A DNA stretch of 64,000 bases. Source: an uncultured Cytophaga sp. Its GTDB lineage: Bacteria > Bacteroidota > Bacteroidia > Cytophagales > Cytophagaceae. The stretch is taken from positions 1,894 to 65,893 of the forward strand of contig NZ_CALMGQ010000136.1 in assembly GCF_937863595.1 (NCBI RefSeq), read 5' to 3'. Made by a program: the position numbers and the translations under genes. Under the pieces are notes generated by a model, which saw nothing but the letters and a program-made list of their open reading frames with translations, was not told where the DNA came from and made no database searches. Positions 49,045-55,353 of the stretch are shown one piece after another (positions within the stretch are counted from its first letter, which is position 1; each line of letters starts with the position of its first letter).

Positions 49045-50136
49045 GTGGTTAAGCACTTCGTCCCCATGCAAGATCCTACAATGATACAAAAAAAATTCCA
49101 TAAAGAACTGATTCGATGGTATTTAAAAAATAAAAGAGAACTCCCTTGGCGAGAAACAACGGACCCATATCCAATATGGCTCTCGGAAATAATTTTACAA
49201 CAGACTCGCGTTCAGCAAGGAATGCCTTATTATTTTGCCTTTTTAACGCAATTTCCCTCTGTTTTCGACCTTGCAAATGCGAGTGAAAAAGATGTTTTAT
49301 CTCTTTGGCAAGGCCTAGGATATTATTCAAGAGCCCGAAATTTACATAAAACTGCCCAGCAAATTGTAACTGAATTTAATGGCGTTTTCCCGGATTCTTA
49401 TGTTGGATTGTTGACTTTAAAAGGCGTAGGGCCCTATACTGCAGCAGCAATAGCTTCCTTTGCCTATAAAGAAAAAGTATCTGTTGTGGATGGAAACGTC
49501 TACCGCGTATTAACCCGAGTCTTTGGTATTTATGAGGATATAACCTTAAATACAACAAAGAAACAGATAGCCGAATTAGCTCAAAGCCTTATACCCACTA
49601 AAGATCCAGACATTTACAATCAGGCAATCATGGAGTTTGGTGCGATGCATTGTACCCCTGCTGATCCCAATTGTGAAAATTGTCCATTTTCAGGGATTTG
49701 CGTAGCATATAGTGCGGGCGACCAAAAAATATTGCCACTTAAAGCAAAGGCAAAGGCGAAACAAAATAGATTCTTTAATTATTTTATCATTCGTAATGGC
49801 GATGTGGTTTTAATGAAAGAACGTGGTGCAAACGATATTTGGCAAGGTTTGTATGAATTTTGGTTGCACGAAACAGAGCGTATCGTGAGCTTAGACGAAC
49901 TGCTGCTCGACCAAATAAGACTTACAGAAAAGCATCTGCGTGCGGAATACGGACCATATAAACACATTTTAAGTCACCAAATCTTACATGCATCCTTTTA
50001 TGCATTTGATGTTCCTAAAATAATATTCAACGCCATAAAAAAGCAATATTCGATGCAAGAAATTAACATAAGTGAAATAACGCAAACCCCAAAGCCTGTT
50101 TTGATTACTAAGTGTTTGAGGGCTCATAAATTTTAA
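49045..50136 (+). CDS. mutY: A/G-specific adenine DNA glycosylase MutY
   Basis: 363 aa with HhH-GPD (LKGVGPYTAAAI), a 4Fe-4S motif CTPADPNCENCPFSGIC and a C-terminal NUDIX-like domain. The start is probably ATG 49066. Confidence 0.9.
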   Translation: MVKHFVPMQDPTMIQKKFHKELIRWYLKNKRELPWRETTDPYPIWLSEIILQQTRVQQGMPYYFAFLTQFPSVFDLANASEKDVLSLWQGLGYYSRARNLHKTAQQIVTEFNGVFPDSYVGLLTLKGVGPYTAAAIASFAYKEKVSVVDGNVYRVLTRVFGIYEDITLNTTKKQIAELAQSLIPTKDPDIYNQAIMEFGAMHCTPADPNCENCPFSGICVAYSAGDQKILPLKAKAKAKQNRFFNYFIIRNGDVVLMKERGANDIWQGLYEFWLHETERIVSLDELLLDQIRLTEKHLRAEYGPYKHILSHQILHASFYAFDVPKIIFNAIKKQYSMQEINISEITQTPKPVLITKCLRAHKF

Positions 50137-50192
50137 GTATCTTTATTATTAATTAATAAATTTTTCAATACAGCTAAAAACAAAAAACTCCC

Positions 50193-50651
50193 ATGGCAGG
50201 AATTAACAAAGTAATTTTAGTAGGGCATCTTGGTAAAGATCCTGAAGTACGTGCAGTAGGCACAGATCGTAAAGTTGCAAACTTTTCTTTGGCAACTACA
50301 GAATCTTACAAAAACAAAAACGGCGAACGTGTTGACCAGACTGAATGGCACAACATTGTATTTTGGGGGCCAATTGTAGATGTAATTGAACGTTATCTTA
50401 AAAAAGGAAGTCAAATCTATGTTGAAGGCAAAATTCGTTCGCGTTCATACGATGATAAAGATGGCATTAAAAGATACGCAACGGATATCGTTGGTGATAC
50501 TATGACAATGTTAGGAGGAAAACCTAATTCAGAAAATTCTGGAGGGTCGTCTACATCAAACGCATCATCGTCAAGTCCATCTAGTCCAGCAATGGAAAGC
50601 GCTGGATCATTTGAGCCGCAAACTAGTGGTGCAGACGATTTACCATTCTAA
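50193..50651 (+). CDS. ssb: Single-stranded DNA-binding protein
   Basis: 152 aa with an OB fold (MAGINKVILVGHLGKDPE...TEWHNIV.WG), a Gly/Ser-rich linker and an acidic tip DDLPF. Confidence 0.95.
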   Translation: MAGINKVILVGHLGKDPEVRAVGTDRKVANFSLATTESYKNKNGERVDQTEWHNIVFWGPIVDVIERYLKKGSQIYVEGKIRSRSYDDKDGIKRYATDIVGDTMTMLGGKPNSENSGGSSTSNASSSSPSSPAMESAGSFEPQTSGADDLPF

Positions 50652-50759
50652 TTTTCACAAAAAATTGTTAATGGAACGATCATCTGATCCTTACCCCATA
50701 CCTACATACAGTATAGTTGCTGCTTATAACACTCCTATACTATATGCTTAAACAATTGT

Positions 50760-50805
50760 AAAGTCTGTTGTAAGTAATTTACTTATGACAGACTTTTTTT
50801 ATTTT
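50760..50805 (+). terminator. Intrinsic terminator after ssb
   Basis: AAAGTCTGT (50760-50768) pairs with ACAGACTTT (50788-50796), followed by TTTTTATTTT. Confidence 0.75.
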
Positions 50806-50831
50806 AAAACAAACTAATCAATTAACGTTTT

Positions 50832-51710
50832 ATGTCCGAAGGGAATAAACAGAATAAAAAGTCGAGCAATTCATTTTCAAAATGGCTGCGTAAATCAATT
50901 GGTATTCCAGAGATTACCGACAGCCAACGCGAGTATATTGAAAAACTAGAGCACGAGTTAGAGTCAACCAAAGGGAAACTTAGCACGCGCGAAGAAAAAG
51001 AAATGCTTCGAGGATTGGTGAAATTTGGCAATATCATGGTGAAGCAAATTATGTGCCCACGTATGGATATGGCTGCTGTTGATATTGCATTAACATATCA
51101 AGAATTACAACAATATATTAGTACCTGCGGCTTCTCAAGAATTCCTGTATACAAAGAATCTGGTGATAAGATTGAAGGTGTTTTAAATATTAAAGACTTA
51201 TTTCCGTTTTATAACAAAGACAAAGACTTTCACTGGCAACAATTGATTCGCACAGTAGAATTTATCCCTGAAACAAAACTGATAGAAGAGCTCTTGCGCG
51301 AGTTCCAATTGAAACACTTACATATGGCCATTGTTGTGGATGAATATGGTGGTACCGCTGGCTTAATTACAATGGAAGATGTGATTGAGGAAATTGTTGG
51401 AGACATACACGATGAGTATGATGATGATATCAAACAATTTGCAAAATTGAGTGATACCAGTTATTTAGTAGAAGGTAAAATGTCTTTGGTAGATTTCTAC
51501 AAAGCGCTCGAATTAGATCGCGATGTTTTCGCTGAAGTGAAAGGTGAAAGCGAAACCTTAGGTGGCCTATTACTAAACATCAACTCTGACATGCCAAAAC
51601 TTGGCGATGAGATTACGTATGCGGATTACATTTTTAAAATTGATGCAGTAACAAATAAGCGCATCTTGCGCGTTAAAGTAACCGTTCCTGAAAATGAACA
51701 TAACAAATAA
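50832..51710 (+). CDS. CorC/YbeX-like protein (CBS pair + CorC_HlyC domain, no DUF21 membrane domain)
   Basis: 292 aa with a CBS-pair region (VKQIMCPRMDM..., AIVVDEYGGTAGLITMEDVIEEIVGDI) and a C-terminal transporter-associated domain. It occupies the slot upstream of gldD. Confidence 0.8.
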   Translation: MSEGNKQNKKSSNSFSKWLRKSIGIPEITDSQREYIEKLEHELESTKGKLSTREEKEMLRGLVKFGNIMVKQIMCPRMDMAAVDIALTYQELQQYISTCGFSRIPVYKESGDKIEGVLNIKDLFPFYNKDKDFHWQQLIRTVEFIPETKLIEELLREFQLKHLHMAIVVDEYGGTAGLITMEDVIEEIVGDIHDEYDDDIKQFAKLSDTSYLVEGKMSLVDFYKALELDRDVFAEVKGESETLGGLLLNINSDMPKLGDEITYADYIFKIDAVTNKRILRVKVTVPENEHNK

Positions 51711-52290
51711 AACATTTCTTCTTTTATCTTTTGCTGCCTCAATGTTGCTCTTGTCTTCTTGTAATGAAGAAACAACATTTCAACCCAAGCCAAAAGGATA
51801 TAACAAAATAGATCTACCTGCACACACGTACGATACGCTTAAAGGCGACTATCCATACACCTTTGAATATGCGCACACAGCTATTATTGCGCCCGATACA
51901 AGCAAAACAGCAGAACCTTATTGGCTTGATATTTACTACCCAGAATATAAAGCAAATATTCAAATCACCTATAAAAACCCGAAGGGCAATGCAAAATTGC
52001 TTGATGAATACATACGGGATTCCCATACCTTAGCAAATAAGCATAATGTAAAAGCATACGCCATCGACGAACTGATTATTTCAAACCCAAATGGCTACGC
52101 TGTTAAGGTATTCGAATTAGCAGGTGATGTGCCTAGTCAAATACAATTTCACGTGAGTGATTCAACAAATCATTTCCTACGTGGTGCCGTATATTTTAGA
52201 ACGTCTACTAAAAATGATTCGCTTGCGCCAGTCATTCGTTATATGAAAGAAGATGTACTACATCTAATTGAAACACTTAAGTTTAAATAA
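51694..52290 (+). CDS. gldD: Gliding motility lipoprotein GldD
   Basis: 198 aa with a lipobox (LLLSSC), PKPKGYNKIDLP near the N-terminus and a C-terminal ...DSLAPVIRYMKEDVLHLIETLKF, as I recall for GldD. It overlaps the upstream gene by 17 nt. Confidence 0.65.
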   Translation: MNITNKTFLLLSFAASMLLLSSCNEETTFQPKPKGYNKIDLPAHTYDTLKGDYPYTFEYAHTAIIAPDTSKTAEPYWLDIYYPEYKANIQITYKNPKGNAKLLDEYIRDSHTLANKHNVKAYAIDELIISNPNGYAVKVFELAGDVPSQIQFHVSDSTNHFLRGAVYFRTSTKNDSLAPVIRYMKEDVLHLIETLKFK

Positions 52291-52291
52291 T

Positions 52292-52333
52292 AAAACTAAA
52301 TTCCAAATAACAAAAAACAAATTCCAAACTACT
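52292..52333. repeat. Heptad array, CAAA family (left arm): AAAACTA AATTCCA AATAACA AAAAACA AATTCCA AACTACT
   Basis: C falls at 52304, 52311, 52318, 52325 and 52332, an exact 7-nt phase. The array starts 2 nt after the gldD stop. Confidence 0.75.
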
Positions 52334-52344
52334 GAAATCTACAT

Positions 52345-52380
52345 CCGTTTGTTATTTATTATTTGTTATTTGTTTTTTTG
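52345..52380. repeat. Heptad array, CAAA family (right arm, inverted): CCGTTTG TTATTTA TTATTTG TTATTTG TTTTTTTG
   Basis: Units start at 52345, 52352, 52359 and 52366. The reverse complement reads CAAATAA/CAAAAAA units like the left arm. The array ends 8 nt before the recG start. Confidence 0.75.
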
Positions 52381-52387
52381 AGAAGCT

Positions 52388-54478
52388 ATGTCAACACTCC
52401 TTGACACTAAAGTCGAGTTTCTAAAGGGTATTGGGCCGCAAAAAGCTGCGTTGCTTAATACAGAGTTGCGTATTTTCACCTTTGAAGATTTACTGTATTA
52501 TTTTCCTTTCAGACATGAGGATCGCAGTAAAATCTATCCCATCAAAGATATTCACGAAGACCTCCCCTATATACAAGTTCGGGGAAGAATAACAGGCATA
52601 TCATCGCAAGGTGTTGGACCAAAGAAACGACTGATCGCTTTTGTACAAGACGATACAGGAATTTTAGAATTGGTTTGGTTTCAGGGTGGTGCTTGGATTG
52701 AAAAAAATATTTTACCCAATACCATTTACGTAGTTTTTGGTAAACCCAATCTCTATGGCCGCAAACTCAATGTGGTGCACCCAGAAATGGAAGTGTATTC
52801 AGATGAGCATGCGCAAAAAGGATTGCAGGCTGTATACAATGTTACAGAGAAACTAAAAGGCAGAAGCATCGATAGCAAAGCGCTTTCAAAAATAATTGAA
52901 CGTGTTGTCAAAGAAGTTGCGCCACGCTTGCCCGAAATATTGCCTGCTAACATCATTCAAAACTTCAAACTTATCTCCCGAGCGCAAGCAATGGAGTGGA
53001 TACACATGCCACCCAATGCTGCGTCTTTAGAGAAAGCAATTGCACGGTTGAAGTTTGAAGAATTATTTTTGATTCAAATTAAATTACTGCATCAAAAAAG
53101 TTACCGTAAAGTACATTACAAAGGATTTGTGTTTAATCACATACCAACCTTAAATGTATTTTACAAAGAACATCTTCCATTTGATTTAACTGATGCTCAA
53201 AAAAGAGTTATCAAAGAAATCTACAAAGACGTTACTTCTGGAACACAGATGAACAGACTCTTACAAGGTGATGTTGGTAGCGGAAAAACAATTGTAGGTT
53301 TTTTATGTATGATCATGGCCATTGATAATGGCTATCAAGCGTGCTTGATAGCACCTACAGAAATACTTGCGGCACAACATTATGAAGGCTTAAAAGAACT
53401 CGCTTCTAAAGTAGGCCTAACGGTTGCTAAGCTTACAGGTTCATCCAAGAAAAAAGAACGCGAAGTTATTCATCGTGATTTGCTCGATGGAAGTTTGAAT
53501 ATATTAATTGGCACCCACGCCATTCTCGAAGACATTGTTCAGTTTAAAGAATTAGGGATTTGTATCATCGATGAACAACATCGTTTTGGCGTAGCACAAC
53601 GTGCAAAACTTTGGAAGAAAAATAAAGAAACGCCTCCACATATTTTGGTGATGACGGCAACGCCTATTCCACGTACGTTGGCAATGACTTTGTATGGCGA
53701 TTTAGATATTTCTGTAATTGACCAAATGCCAGCAGGTAGAAAGCCTATTTCTACATCGCACAAATACGACAAAGATCGTTTGCTTGTATTCGGCTTTATT
53801 CGTAAACAGGTATTGGAAGGCCGACAAGTATACATCGTGTATCCCTTAATTGAAGAATCTGAAAAATTAGATTTAAAAGATTTGATGGATGGTTTTGAAA
53901 GTGTGAATCGTGCGTTCCCAGAGTTTCCTATAAGTATTCTTCATGGACGTATGAAGCCCGCAGACAAAGACTATGAAATGCAACGTTTTGTAAAAGGCGA
54001 AACAAAGATCATGGTTGCCACAACTGTTATTGAAGTAGGTGTAAACGTACCGAATGCAAGTGTGATGGTGATTGAAAATTCAGAGCGCTTTGGGTTGTCG
54101 CAGTTGCATCAATTGCGCGGTCGCGTTGGTCGTGGTGCAGATCAATCGTATTGCGTCCTAATGACGAGTCATAAATTATCAGCAAATAGTAAAACACGTA
54201 TAGAAACAATGGTGCGTACCACCAACGGCTTTGAAATCGCAGATGTAGATTTGAAACTCCGCGGACCAGGTGATTTAGCAGGTACGCAACAAAGCGGCGT
54301 ATTGGATTTAAGATTGGCGGATTTGGCTCAAGATGCACATACCCTGCAACACAGCCGACAAGCAGCGATGGACTTGCTAGACAGTGATCCCGATTTATTA
54401 AAACCTGAAAATCGTATGCTCCGTGGTTACATGGAATCGAAAAGTAAGAATAGTAAAGAGTGGAGTAGAATTAGTTAA
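52388..54478 (+). CDS. recG: ATP-dependent DNA helicase RecG
   Basis: 696 aa with a wedge/OB N-terminus and SF2 helicase motifs (GDVGSGKT, DEQHRFG, MTATPIPRT, QLHQLRGRVGRG). Confidence 0.95.
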   Translation: MSTLLDTKVEFLKGIGPQKAALLNTELRIFTFEDLLYYFPFRHEDRSKIYPIKDIHEDLPYIQVRGRITGISSQGVGPKKRLIAFVQDDTGILELVWFQGGAWIEKNILPNTIYVVFGKPNLYGRKLNVVHPEMEVYSDEHAQKGLQAVYNVTEKLKGRSIDSKALSKIIERVVKEVAPRLPEILPANIIQNFKLISRAQAMEWIHMPPNAASLEKAIARLKFEELFLIQIKLLHQKSYRKVHYKGFVFNHIPTLNVFYKEHLPFDLTDAQKRVIKEIYKDVTSGTQMNRLLQGDVGSGKTIVGFLCMIMAIDNGYQACLIAPTEILAAQHYEGLKELASKVGLTVAKLTGSSKKKEREVIHRDLLDGSLNILIGTHAILEDIVQFKELGICIIDEQHRFGVAQRAKLWKKNKETPPHILVMTATPIPRTLAMTLYGDLDISVIDQMPAGRKPISTSHKYDKDRLLVFGFIRKQVLEGRQVYIVYPLIEESEKLDLKDLMDGFESVNRAFPEFPISILHGRMKPADKDYEMQRFVKGETKIMVATTVIEVGVNVPNASVMVIENSERFGLSQLHQLRGRVGRGADQSYCVLMTSHKLSANSKTRIETMVRTTNGFEIADVDLKLRGPGDLAGTQQSGVLDLRLADLAQDAHTLQHSRQAAMDLLDSDPDLLKPENRMLRGYMESKSKNSKEWSRIS

Positions 54479-54485
54479 AGGAAGT

Positions 54486-54520
54486 GGAAGGCTTAATGCG
54501 GAAGGCCTAAGGCTTCATAC
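54486..54520. repeat. Heptad array, GGAAGGC family: GGAAGGC TTAATGC GGAAGGC CTAAGGC TTCATAC
   Basis: AA falls at 54488, 54495, 54502 and 54509, an exact 7-nt phase. The array starts 8 nt after the recG stop. Only a weak complementary arm (GCACCTTTCC near 54615) is visible. Confidence 0.7.
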
Positions 54521-54595
54521 TATACCACTGACCTTTAAATAAATTAATTGTATACTTTTTTAAATTGATAATTTTAAAAACATCATAAAACAAAA

Positions 54596-54626
54596 AAGGT
54601 TCGAACTTTCGCCCGCACCTTTCCTA
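54596..54626 (-). terminator. Candidate intrinsic terminator after lspA
   Basis: On the minus strand, AAAGGT...ACCTTT encloses GCGGGCGAAAGTTCGA and is followed by TTTTGTTTT. Confidence 0.5.
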
Positions 54627-54644
54627 TTCTTTAAATTAATATTT

Positions 54645-55262
54645 TTATAATTCCTCTTCTTTTTTCTCCTCAACAACCTTTACTTCTTCTGGGAAATACC
54701 TTTTCTGAAAAATCAAAATAAGTGCTACACCAACAAAAATCGTTGCATCTGCAAAATTAAAGATTGGCCACAAAGGATAATAACTTCCGCCAATACCAGG
54801 TACCCATTCTGGAATAAGACAATTGCAGATATCTACATAAAACATATCAATGACTCTGCCGTGAAACCAAAGCATGGGAGCATCGTAGGTTGGTAGATTT
54901 AAGAACACACCATAAAACGTACTGTCTACCACATTTCCCATAGCGCCGCCCAATATCAATGCCACGCACCAAAGGAAGCCTTCGTGCATCTCTTTCTTAG
55001 CCATTTTATACAAATAAATAGTTATTACACCCATTGCTACCAAACGGAACAAACTCAAAATAAGCTTGCCGTAATTTCCTGCAATCTTAATTCCGAAGGC
55101 CATTCCTTCATTGGTGATGTAATGCAACTTAAACCAATCTCCTAATCGAATGCTCGGGTGTTCGTAGCCTTCAAATGGAAACGTTTTAAAAACCCATAAC
55201 TTGATTATTTGATCGATTAAAATAACCAGTATGGTAAGTATGAAATATTTTGTGTAACGCAT
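54645..55262 (-). CDS. lspA: Lipoprotein signal peptidase (signal peptidase II)
   Basis: 205 aa with 4 TM helices and LspA boxes (TNEGMAFG, GGAMGNVVDS, FNFADATIFVG). It has an unusual acidic C-terminal tail EEVKVVEEKKEEEL. Confidence 0.9.
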   Translation of the reverse strand: MRYTKYFILTILVILIDQIIKLWVFKTFPFEGYEHPSIRLGDWFKLHYITNEGMAFGIKIAGNYGKLILSLFRLVAMGVITIYLYKMAKKEMHEGFLWCVALILGGAMGNVVDSTFYGVFLNLPTYDAPMLWFHGRVIDMFYVDICNCLIPEWVPGIGGSYYPLWPIFNFADATIFVGVALILIFQKRYFPEEVKVVEEKKEEEL

Positions 55263-55297
55263 TTTTAAGTTTTAAGTAATATGTTTTAAGTTTTAAG
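55263..55297. repeat. Heptad array, TTAAG family (left arm): TTTTAAG TTTTAAG TAATATG TTTTAAG TTTTAAG
   Basis: G falls at 55269, 55276, 55283, 55290 and 55297, an exact 7-nt phase. The array begins 1 nt upstream of the lspA start codon. Confidence 0.9.
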
Positions 55298-55323
55298 AAA
55301 AAGAAATATTGAGAATGGGCCCT

Positions 55324-55352
55324 CATATAACTTATTACTTAAAACTTAAAAC
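55324..55352. repeat. Heptad array, TTAAG family (right arm, inverted): CATATAA CTTATTA CTTAAAA CTTAAAA C
   Basis: C falls at 55324, 55331, 55338, 55345 and 55352. Segment 55333-55351 is the perfect reverse complement of 55263-55281 (19 bp). The array ends 2 nt before the ileS stop codon. Confidence 0.9.
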
Positions 55353-55353
55353 G

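Noticed and set aside
50690-50745. TAC/TAG words (CCTTACC CCATACC TACATAC AGTATAG ... CTATACTATATG) downstream of ssb, and TGTTATC TATTGTC TATTTAT at 17057-17077
   Set aside because: Only 2-3 units stay in phase and the inverted match is about 7 bp. This is too weak to separate from chance in AT-rich DNA.
54598-54606. GGTTCGAAC resembling a tRNA T-arm
   Set aside because: No acceptor, D or anticodon arms can be built from the surrounding A/T-rich sequence. It fits better as the loop of the lspA terminator hairpin.
7688-55352. Whether the heptad arrays could be CRISPR arrays or MITEs/transposon ends
   Set aside because: Units are 7 nt and contiguous with no spacers, so they are not CRISPR. 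I could see no transposase and no clear target-site duplication. Each locus has a different word, which does not fit a single mobile-element family. The GTAC set that brackets the DUF606 gene remains the most cassette-like and is reported as a finding.
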